Source of the DNA: Camelus ferus
Lineage: Eukaryota
DNA: 64,000 bases
Assembly (NCBI RefSeq): GCF_009834535.1
Contig: NC_045728.1
Location: 11,222,001 to 11,286,000, forward strand
Direction: 5' to 3'
Under the pieces are notes generated by a model. It had not been told where the DNA came from. It saw only the letters and a program-made list of their open reading frames with translations, and did not search any database. Position numbers and translations under genes: made by a program. Of the stretch, positions 1 to 20,970 are shown one piece after another; the stretch's first letter is position 1, and each line of letters begins with the position of its first letter.

Positions 1-1258
1 AGATGGAGAGACAAGGACAAGAGTTTGAATGAGCAGCGAGTGGCCGTGGAAGGGGTGGGAGAGTGAGAATGCCAGCTTGACGCACAAAAGAAGAGCCATA
101 GGGTGGCAGTGGCCAAGTCCAACTAATGCTCATGCTTGTGCTTGTGTTGGGTCCTGAACTCCAGGGAGCTGGTGCCCCGTGCCACCCTGAGCTTGGGAGG
201 GAGGGAAGACTGGGGGATAGACACCTGCAGATCCTAGAGATGCCCCAGGCAGCACCAGCCTCATCCTTAGAGTCAAAGCAGGATCCCCAGGAGGGGGCTG
301 GCCCTGCCCTCCCGCAGCACCCACCACCACACACCACCATCACTCTTCCTCTGAGCCACAGGGGGACAGCGAGTGTGTGTAGGGCCAAGATTGCCTGTTC
401 GCATGTATATGCCTGGAACTCTGGAGAGGGGACGGAGCATTGCAGGACTGGTGAGCAGCGAGAAAGGAGGCTCGGGTCTTCTCCTACTCACCCCCCAGGA
501 TAAAGTGCGATCTCCAGTTTCAGAGGCAGGTGAGAGAGACACACAGACATTATTGCAGAGATGCCACAGGCCCGGCCCCCACCAGAGGTGACAGGGAGGT
601 GACAGGGACAGCCCATGGCGCCAGGCCTCTCCAATCCCCAGGATTGGGAGGGATGACCCAGACAGAAAACCCAGCTTCTGTCCCAACAGATTGTCCAAAT
701 CAGCCCAGGTCTGGGGGCAGGGAGAGGTGAGGAGGAATAAACTTCCAGAGCCCTTCCCTGCTCTGTTCCAATGTCCAAATGGGACATCCAGGGGACCCTG
801 CCAGGGCCCAGCCCTGGAACCTCAACCTTATAACAGCCCAGTTTACAAATACTTGTGTGGTGGGGACCCCCAGAGGGGACCACTTTGGTCAGTTGTAAGA
901 GGGGGCCTAGAGAGCCTGGGGCTCCCAGGCAGACAACAGAGGAGGGTGCCGAGGGCAGGAAGGATGGTGGCGGCCTCCTAGTGGTCTCCGCATGCAGACA
1001 TTGGAGAGAGTAGGGAGGAAGCTACAAACCGCATCAACTTGAGAAAACTCCAGGGCATGGAAGGGAGGCCCTGGCGCCCCCACCCCCAGGGCCAAGGCTT
1101 GGGGCGCAGTCTGACAGCCAGCCTGTGGAGGATCTGAGAGAAGGGAGGGCGGCTGCACCAGCAACCAGTGCCCAAGTCTACAAGGTTAAAACAGTCCCAG
1201 AGGCCTGGGGCTGGGGGCTTCCTGCTGCGGGGGCTGGGGCGCAGGCCAGGGCAAAGCT

Positions 1259-11484
<10,226 letters not shown>

Positions 11485-12223
11485 CACGCCGCCGGCCTGC
11501 AAGGAGAGGGCCTGTTCAGTGTGGGGCAGACCTCCAATCCCCGACTCGGAACTCCCTTGCTTTCTAATGCTGCCCTTGCCTTCAATCCCCGCTTCCTTCT
11601 CGGGGTAGATAGGGTACTGGGAGCACTTCACATCCCACTGCGAGAGCATCTATCTTCCCCCAACCCTCACTCCCGGCGCAACAACCCGACCTCTCCTCCG
11701 TCCCGGGCAGCCTCAGCCTCAGCCTGGCCCCAGCTCGGCCCCTCGAAGCCCTTACCCGCTCCCTCCTCCCTACGGTGGCTCTAATCTCCTTACCCCGCAG
11801 GCCAGCAGCCCCTGGGAACTGGTTGGGGGGCGGGGGAGGGGGAGGCGGGGAGGACGATAGGGGCCACTGGCGGAGGCTGCCCGCTGAGGTCAGGATAGCT
11901 GGACGAGCGCAGGGTGGACCTGGGGAAGGCGGAGGCAGAGGAGGCTCTGGGCCTCGCGCTGCGTCCCCCTCCCCATCCCTGGGCACAACGCCCTTCTCGG
12001 CCCCTCCCGCCGGCGCCCCTGGGCCCGCGCTCCCCGGACTCTCCACAAAGACAGGCTCACCGCTGGGACTCAGAGCCCCCACCACCAACTGAGACCCCCT
12101 GGCGGGCTCAACTCCTCCCATCTCCTGCTTGCCTAGTCACCTTGACGCGCCCCCGGGCGGTTGCGGAGCCGAGATGCTTAGCGCTGCCACGGGCCCGGGA
12201 TGGAGATTCCAGGTCCTCCTTAC

Positions 12224-12290
12224 CTGCCTTCGGCTGCGGCACCGGCGTCCCGGCTCCCGGTCCCGGCGGCTGGGCCGGGGCGGGGCCGGG
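12224..12290 (-). other. ABCG4: ABCG4 non-coding first exon (5' end approximate)
   Basis: Donor GCAG|GTAAG at 12224/12223 inside a CpG island. The next exon starts 12 nt before the ATG (acceptor TTGCAG|G at 11497/11496). Confidence 0.6.
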
Positions 12291-14131
12291 GTGGGGCGGG
12301 AGACAGGGGAGGGCCCGGGCCTCAGGTCAGAATAGAGATGACAAGATTGGGGAGGGGCGATTGGGGCTCGCGCGGACTCAACTTGACCCCGCACATTCGG
12401 TTCCCTGAGCCCGGTCCTCGGCGCTGTGTTCTTCGGAACCCTCTGGGCGGCTGTGCTCTTCTCCAGGCTGCTGCTCGCCGGTCCCGCTATTCTTAAAGGG
12501 CCCGCACCACCCCGCAGCTCGCGGTGGGCGAGGATGGCAAGAGAGCCGCGCCTGCGAGGCGGCGGCCAGAGCGGGTGCAGTTGTGGACCTAGGACTGGAG
12601 ATTGGTAGCGAACGGCCGACTTGGAGCCGTTCCAAGGAAACGAGAGGAGAGGAGAACTGAAGTCACTCAGCGGAGATGGGTCCCTGGATTAGAGACTAGA
12701 CAAAGGTGGTGGGGGAGGGGGATTGGGGTGCAGAATTTTATCACTCTAGAAGGATTGTGGAGCTGTCAGCCTGTCTGCACTTCTCCCTCCAGCAATTTCC
12801 CTCAGTTCTGGCCCTTGACTTCAGGTTTCCCCTGGAGCATCCCCAAAATACATAAAAAGACTCTGAAAGCAAGAGTCTTGAGACATCCTCCTCCCTCTCC
12901 ACACCCCCACCCCATGTCTCCCCTTTCCCTCTCTAAGGGTAAGGAGACTAGTTAAAAAGGGAGGCAGCTTTGGGAGAGCTTGCAGGCAGCTCCAAAGTTA
13001 AACTGGTACCCAGAGCTCAACCTGCTCCAACTGTAGAAATATTTTCTCGGGTAAATTCGGCCCTTTAAGACAAGCAATGCCTGATGCTGGAGGCACATGT
13101 GTGCCAGGGCATGTGCGGGGCTCCCAGGTACTGACTTTGGTATCTTTTCACACATGTGTGCATTCTCTCCCTCACCCCACAAGCCTTCAAACGTAGGTCC
13201 CCAGAGCACTCTTGGGGCTTTCCCCTGCTCTGCTCCTTTTTCAGGCAATTCCTCTTGGCCCCTGCCTGCCCCGGCCCCAGTCTTCAAGAGGTAAGTAGGT
13301 TAACCAGCTGAGACACGTGACCTGAACTTTTAAGTTCCCACCTGTCACACAGCAGTGACGGAGGGGAGGGGAGGCTGCTGGCGCTGCTGCCACGGCTGAG
13401 GCTTCTCCTTACTGCAGCACTTGAGAGGTTACTAGCAGTCAAACCTCTCCTCCGCTGGTCCCCCCACCTCCGCCCGTGTCTCTGTAGCCTGGAGGCTGGC
13501 GGCCCCTGCAGGGTATCTCCAGGCCCCACGCTGTGACTTTTACAGATTTTGGATCCAGCCCTCTCTGCCTTTCCCCTACCCCATGCCCCACATCAGCAGT
13601 CACCACCGTTCCTCAGAACCTTCCATTCTCCAACTTAACCCCCAGTGCTCCTACCTACAGACTCCCCATCCTCAACAGTTGTATTATCTCATTTAATTCT
13701 GACAATATCCCTATGAGGCAGGTATTACAACCTCCCGTTAGAGATGAAAAAACTGAGGCATAGGGAGGCTGAGCAATGTGCCCAAGAGGACACATCTGGT
13801 TGGTAGCCGAATAGGACTTGACCCCTAAAGTCCTTGCTTTTACCTCCTCTGCTCTGAGGCCTCATGGAACCCTATTCCCAAATGGACTGTCTCCCTCTAG
13901 TCAGGCTCCTAGACAGGCTCTTCATTCTCTCAAGATAACTTCCTTGGATAGCATAATGACACTCTCCTCCATTCCCTGGCATACAACTTTGCAATTCTCG
14001 GGAAAATTTCCTTCCCTTCCTTAGGAACACCCTGTCCCCATTCCTCAAGGACAGCCTTCCCCAACTTCAGAGACCAACATTTCAAATCTTCTATCAGTTT
14101 CCCACTGTGGGATTCACACTCCATGCCCCAG

Positions 14132-14292
14132 AGCAGTAGTCCTCAGCCTTGGCTGAGAGTCAGCATCACTTGGGGACTTTCAAAAGTTGTTTAGATGACA
14201 TTCCAAACCAGTTCATTCTGATCTCTAAGGCATTAGTATTTTTTAAATCTCCCCAACTGATCCACTGAGTAGGTAAAGTTGAGAGCCACTGC
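14132..14292. mobile_element. MER5-like hAT MITE
   Basis: CAGTAGTCCTCAGCCTTGGCTG...GTTGAGAGCCACTG terminal inverted pattern. Confidence 0.5.
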
Positions 14293-14634
14293 CCTAGATG
14301 AACTCTCCATTAGAATGTCTGGGTTAGAATGCCCACCATGTACTCACTAAAGGCCTCTCTCTTCCCTGCAACAGGCCTCCCGACTCTCTGGGACACAGGA
14401 CACCCTATCCCCATTTTGTGAACAAATCTCCCATGTCCTGAATTTGGAGTGGGAAGATTTGCATTCTAACCTTGATGCTCTTCCTAGTTCTGTACAAATT
14501 TCTCCACCTCTCCAAGCCTCATCCATGTAATGGGGATGAAAAAACCCCACATATCTGTCTCAAAAGGTTCTTATGAGTCAAGTGTCCAAGTGCTTAGCAA
14601 TAGATAATTTTTTTCTCAGGAGCAGACCAGATCA

Positions 14635-14888
14635 GGGGAAAGGGGATGGGAAGGAATAAATTTGGGAGTTTGAGATTTGCAAATGTTAGCCACTGTATAT
14701 AAAAATAGATTAAAAAAACAAATTTCTTCTGTATAGCACAGGGAACTATATTCACTATCTTGTAATAACCTTTAATGAAAAAGAATATGAAACTGAATAT
14801 ATGTATGCATATGCATGACTGGGACATTGTGCTGTATACCAGAAATTGACACATTGTAACTGACTATACTTCAATTAAAAAAAAAAAA
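14635..14888 (+). mobile_element. 5'-truncated LINE-1 3' end with poly(A) and TSD
   Basis: Cetartiodactyl-type L1 3' UTR (CTGTATAGCACAGGGAACTATATT...GTAACTGACTATACTTCAAT) plus an A-tail; TSD AGACCAGATCA (14624-14634) / AGAACAGATCA (14889-14899). Confidence 0.85.
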
Positions 14889-15544
14889 AGAACAGATCAT
14901 ACATCCTTACTCTTCAGGTCAAACTTACCTTGGTTTAGGGTCATTTCATTTCCCCCAGAAGAATCTCCGATTTCCTTAGCAAAGTAGGGGCAGTTGCATT
15001 TATTGAATGCCTGCTGTATGCTAGGTGCCCAGCACAGAGATAGAGAGTTAGGTCTGTCCCTTTCTCCTCTGAATTTCCAGAACTTGTACACAGAAAAACT
15101 CCTCTATAGATATTTGTTGACTAAACAGTCCAACCAGTTCTAACAACAGCTTTATGAGGCCAGTATTATCCTCCCATGTTTCAGATAAGGAAACTGAAGC
15201 TCAGAAATGTTAAGTACAAGTATGAGGTCACACAACTCATGTAATGGATCCAGGGATCCAAATCCAAGACTACATGATCCTAAACCATGACTTGATCTAC
15301 TGTCAAACTTCCTTGATCCCTAATAGTGTCACCATACTATTTTATGAAGCAGATTTGGCTCCAGTCCCCTGAACAGACCTCTTCCCATTCTAAGATATAA
15401 AAGCTTTCCAACCTTCTAGAGGTCAACCTAGGACAGACCTTCCCCATTCTTAGAGATACCAACTCCATTCACATATCCCTCCAGACTGATCTTTGGTTCC
15501 CCGGAATGCATACCTCTAACTCCTGGAAGAAACCTCGTAACTTG

Positions 15545-15722
15545 AGAGCGGTGGTTCCCAAGCTTAGCATACATGAGCATACCCTGGAGTTCTTACAACG
15601 CAGATCACTGGGCCCAGTCCCAGAGTTTCTGATTCAGTATCTGGGGTGGGGCCATAGAATTTGCATCTCTATTAAGTCCTTAGGTGATGCTGATGCTGCT
15701 AGTCTGGGGGCACACTTTGACT
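15545..15722. mobile_element. MER5A-like hAT-Charlie MITE
   Basis: CAGATCACTGGGCCCAGTCCCAGAGTTTCTGATTCAGTA...AGAATTTGCAT...GGTGATGCTGATGCTGCT core. Confidence 0.7.
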
Positions 15723-18700
15723 TATCCTCAGAACAAATTTTCAGTCTTCTGACATGGACTTTTCCTCAATGCCCAGATGGACACCCACCCCTCCTTTTTC
15801 TCATATAGATCTCCATTCCCTGAGATTCTCTCCTATTTCTAGAATTCTCCTCAATTCCCATCCCAGAACCGCCCCTCCTCCCATCACCACCATCTAGGCA
15901 GTCTCCATCAGGGGTGGTTCCCTAGACCCACATAGGTGAGGGTTAATGATAATTGGCTTATGAGGAGCAAGGCAGAAGCAAAATTCCTGTCTCAGCTTAG
16001 TGCTGGGAGCTAATCTAGCAGACACAGGGTGCTCTGAGCAGGGATTTGTGGGAGAAGCAGGTGGTAAGCTTTATGGACCTGTGGAGAAAGGTGGGTAGCA
16101 GGGTCCTATGGGAGCTGGAAGGAATTGGACTGGGGAATTTGTAAGTGACCCACTTCTGCTTCCAACACCTGAGGTTCCTTGTCCACCGTGCCTGCCTTGC
16201 CCACATCTCTCACGTCTCATCTTTGGATAGAATGATTTTCAAGTATATTTGTCAATGGAAGGACCCTCTGCTGGCCACGTGGGGGAATGCAGACTGGGCC
16301 TGGGAGTGAGTGGTGGATAAAGGCTGATGGAGGTCTTCCTTTCCTGAGTCAGGCAGTAAAGATGGTTGGTTATAGGCACCTGACACCAGGCAGTGGAGGG
16401 TGCCCACTAGGCAGAGTCCCTGCTGTTGCAAACAAAAATCTTTATTGTTTAAAAAGAAAAGAATATAACATATATAATAAAATCAAGCACATCAAAGGAT
16501 ATTTTAAAAGAGTAATATTTATTTCTCCATCTCTTTCCTGCTGTGCAGTGCCATTTCCTTCTGATAAAAAGAAAATGAGGGATTCGCCAAAGCTGCAGAA
16601 TGCCAAGGTACTCTGCCCAAGAGTCACCGTCTCTTTTTCCTTGAGAACCCACACTTCTTACCTCCCAGTCTCAGCTTGCCATCTTCCCTTCCCCTAGAAC
16701 TCAAAACTCCCACCACACCCCTTGGTACCCTTTACGTGGAAGCAGTCTCAGACCAGGTGTCTGCCCAGTTTTTACTCTGGGACCTGTTCCCCTGCTCCTA
16801 ACACAGGGCCCACTCCACTGGAGGGTAGGTAGAAAAGTCATTGCTTGTAGGTGTTCAAAACACCTTATTTCCCTGGATCTTTGCTACTCCAATGATCTCA
16901 GTCTCCACTGAGCAGGCTACTTCCTTGTGGACATACTCTGGGTTCTTAAATAGCTCCATTTAAAAATGCCCCCTTTCTGATCATGGCTCACTGTATTTGA
17001 TTCTAACTCTTCCCTACCAGTCTCCCAGGGCCTCCCTGTCCAGTGTGGATGTCACGACCCTCGTCTGGATGTTCTAATTACCCTGCTCCTTGGCCCAATG
17101 GCTGAGATCAACCCAGTGGTCTGTTTTCTGCTTTTGCTTCAGGGGTGCTCATATCTGCTACAAAAAAGTGTCTGGTTGTGTTGAAACTGCCACTGCTGGA
17201 TCTCAGTATTCAGCCTCAGCTGGGTGGTCAGGTGATGTATCTCACTCCTATATCTATAAGTGGCATTTCTAAAACTTGACAATTCTTATAAATCTCCTTA
17301 ATCCAACAGATTATCCCTCAATAATGTTAATCCCTACTTTATTAAGGAAATAGAGACAGCCAGGCATGAAATCCCTCACACCTCACACTTCCTACAAACT
17401 GGATCCGATCCCTTCCCATCCCTCCCTCCCTCTACTTGAAGGAAGGGGTGTCTCTATTCCTTTCCAAGCTTTGTTTATCTGCCTGTCTTCCATAGCCTTT
17501 GCTCAGTCAAGAATTCAAGCTTTTTAGCACAGTATGAAAAGTTTTCACACTCTCCCCAAAACTTTCCCCTCTACTGCACGGGAAATGAGCATGCTCCTTA
17601 TGCGCAAAGTGCACTGTGGGATTCCCGATCTTGAGCAAATTCATTCACTCATTTACCGTTCATTGAGAGGCTACACTCACTAGGTCATAATCTGACAGAA
17701 ATGACTACTGCCCATGACTATTCCTCCCTCTTCTCACCTTGGAGAATCACTTATTTTACAACCACTAAGCTCTTCTGCGCCCTTCTCTGAGGTTGCGGAC
17801 TTGCCCCAAATAAGACAAAAGCAGCATTAGTTTCCACATTCCTGGGCCACCTGCCTTCTCCTCCTGTCATCACACCTTCGAGGAAGAGTTAAGTGTCTCC
17901 TTAATCTTCAGATACCATGGTGTCTGACTCAGGGACTGACTCTAGATAAAACTCTAAGGCAATCAAATTAGTACTGGCATCCTCTCCCTCCAGGGGTCTG
18001 CTACCCAGGGTTACCCACCCCCAACCTCTAGTATCCTTCCACTGACCCACCAAAATGACTGCTTAGACTCAATATCCAGCATTTTCCAACCCATGTACAC
18101 AGAGCCCAGGATGCCCTCCTCCTGGAGAACTGGAATCATGTGGTAGCAGGCCAGAACATCTTCTGCTGTCCCCATAGTCCAGAGAGAGCAATGGGGTTTG
18201 GTGTGGGCATGACTGATAAGACTGGCAGGGAAGGCCCTGTTCACAGGGTGCTAGCCTGATTCTGAAGGCACTGCTCAGCTGAGAGATGGATGGCACCAGT
18301 AATGCTGGGTTACTCAAGGGGCAGACCAAGCCACTGCTTAAAAGACCAGCAAAATAGAGACACCAAAAAATGAAAGGAAAAAACTGAGACCAGAATTTGA
18401 TAGTTCATATATATGTAAGTATCATCATGTTGAACTTCCTTGTATGCTTCCTGGTTTAGTATTTTCATTTTGAATTATACAGAGAATGGGGCACCAGTCT
18501 CTTTTCAGGATTCAGAGCCCTCGGTCTTCCTCTGGTCTTGATTAGGAGAAAGGTCTCTAGCCACTTACGTTTGAGGGTCTGCCTCTGGCCCTGCTCCAGT
18601 CAACCTTTTAACCTACCACTTGGGAACAGCTGTCAATCGAATCTAACAAGACAAAACTAAATGAGGACAAGCACGAGGGTCTGCTGTTAAGTGCAAGATA

Positions 18701-18979
18701 ACCACTGCACTCATCCAAAGCAAAGGAGCGTGCTCTGGGCAGTAACGAGACATGTGAAGGCTGAGGGGTTCTAGAGGGCAGTGGCATCACCGTAAACCGA
18801 GAGCACAGCGTGACCACCAAAAGCACAGGCCCCGAGGAGGTGGGGTGGAGAGGAGACCCCAAACTATACGATACAAGGAGGTTAAGAGGAGACTGAGGGT
18901 ACTTAGCCCAAAGAAGCCTCCCTCGTGTTCAACTACCTGAAGGCCTGGTGGGGAAAGTGGGATTACACACGTGCTGAGT

Positions 18980-19690
18980 GGAGGAACAAGGTGTGGGTCA
19001 CAAAGTTAGTACAGGGTTCTAAAGAAACAAGCCTAGAAATGCAGCGGCTCCACTTTGGGGACGTCTTCATTCACGTTTCCTCTCTCCTCCACACTGCCAT
19101 TTCTTGAAGGGGTTCTTGCAGAGGCAAAGTGAACATCCACCTCAACTTCACCCTCAAGCCCTCACTATTTCCTGCCTGAATTCCTGCAGCAGCCCCTAAC
19201 TTGCACCTGCTTGCTCTCACACTCTTCTGATTTACTTTCCCCGTCATCACCAGAACCCTCGTTCTAAAAACTTGACACAGTCCTTTTGGGTGGCTTTGCC
19301 TTCCTTCTCAGTCTTGCCTCTCTCCTTGGCCTACTGCCCTTCTGGGCTCAGACCATAAAGCACTCCTTTAGGTTCGTGTATAGACCTGGTCTCCTCTGCC
19401 TGGAATAACCTGCCCGTCCCTTCATAGATAGTAGCTCTAATCACTTCCTTGATGAAGCCCCTTCCTGATCCCTTGCCCAAGTAATACTGTCAGCTTCTAC
19501 TTTGAGCCTCCTAAGTGAACCCTGACAGGCCTCTCATTCCACTTATTTAGGTCTTTCCTCACTGCTGGACTGCAAGTCCCTCCAGGGCAGGTCCTCAAGT
19601 TTATTTATCTTTGTATCCTTAACACCTGTCACAGTGCCTGAACTATAGGAGGAACTCAGTAAATGGTGGATGGAATGAATGAAGAGACTT
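18980..19690 (+). mobile_element. L2 fragment
   Basis: GACTGCAAGTCCCTCCAGGGCAGG...CAGTAAATGGTGGATGGAATGAATGAA 3' tail. Confidence 0.65.
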
Positions 19691-20428
19691 TTCTTCCTTG
19701 ATTCTTTCAGCAATAGGCACTCAGTTTTTGCAGTAAGAATCACATTAGTCTTTTAAAAGAAGGCCCAGAAACCCTTTTGTGGCAGCTTCCTGCCCACACA
19801 AGACCCCTCACAGTATCTCCTTGACCTCTTCAGAATGTCAGAGACACTAAAAATAGACACAGGGCACTAAGGAGTGACTGGACAGGCCAAAAAAAGAAGG
19901 TTCTTATTTTGAAGGTTCCAACCCCTTTGAGAATCTAATGAAAACAAAACAAAACAAAACAAAAAAAACCACGATCATTTCCCCAGGAAAATGCACATCC
20001 AGACACCATTTCTAACTTGGTTCCTGGACCCTGAGTACCTTCCCTTCCCTCCACATCCACCCCCAACCCAGAGACACTGGGTCTAACCAGCACTCAGAGA
20101 GTGTGGCCATGGTAGGGTGCCCTATCTTCCTGGTGAGCCTCACTTACCCACTCTAGAGTGTTCTACTGCCCATTCCTGGCCTATGCCTGGGACCTCCACG
20201 GAGATGGTAGATGTTCCGAGAAGAAATAGAGAAGTTTCACCAAAGGTAAGGCAGGGGTGGGAGAGCAGGGAACAAGAGGCCAGTTTCAAACAAAAACAAA
20301 TCCCAGTCCCTAAAAGGGGAACAAACTTAATCATTCAGCTTGTCATCTGGGCAGACATATCTCCTCATTACCTAGGCAATACCACCAAATGTAAGGAAGA
20401 AGAAATGAGTAACAGCCCAAGTCTTTCT

Positions 20429-20434
20429 TTTATT
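20429..20434 (-). terminator. Candidate proximal poly(A) signal of HINFP (AATAAA)
   Basis: AATAAA on the - strand about 540 nt downstream of the stop, followed by U-rich sequence. Confidence 0.45.
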
Positions 20435-20970
20435 ACCAAAAACAAATGTTACGCACACGCTCAGTGCCTCCAATGCCATCCCTGAGGATAACCATGTAAG
20501 TTCTTGGGGTTGTAGGAAGAACCATTTAGACGGAAACGACTGGCTGGTTGATGACGCCTCGGATGATTGTGAAGAAAGGGCCCTTGCAAGGACCAGTTAC
20601 ATGTCATCCCTGGACCTAGGGTCCCCTAAAGATGGGAGTGGATTCAAGTTGCTGAAGGACTTTAACCACTGTTCCCGCACATCTAGGGGGTTATGGTTAA
20701 GCCTGACACTACCCCATTACAAGAACAGACACAACTAGGGTACCCCCCTCAAAGAATCCAAACTCCTCAGGATCCCCACAAATCGTGGTGTGGCAGAAAT
20801 GGGAAGACGTCAGTCTGCCAAATGATGCCAGCTGGGTCCAGAGTGGACCACACTGCTCTCGGCACCACTCCTAAGGCATCTGTTGGACCCACTAGGGGTA
20901 CTGCCACCAGCCGGGCTCAAACCCCGCGCCTGGGGGGTAGCAATGGTCAGGCGCTGCAGCCTTTACATCA

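Noticed and set aside
12147-12160. CTCF-like GCGCCCCCGGGCGG in ABCG4 intron 1
   Set aside because: Two core mismatches in very GC-rich DNA; not distinguishable from background without ChIP data.
11582-12496. Several 100-180 aa Pro/Gly/Arg-rich ORFs at the ABCG4 promoter (similar ones at 42541-43244 and 61532-61969)
   Set aside because: Low-complexity by-products of CpG islands; no homology or splice support.
13380-13400. REST/RE1-like GGCGCTG...GCTGA upstream of the neuronally expressed ABCG4
   Set aside because: Only the ends match at correct spacing; 8 consecutive core positions mismatch.
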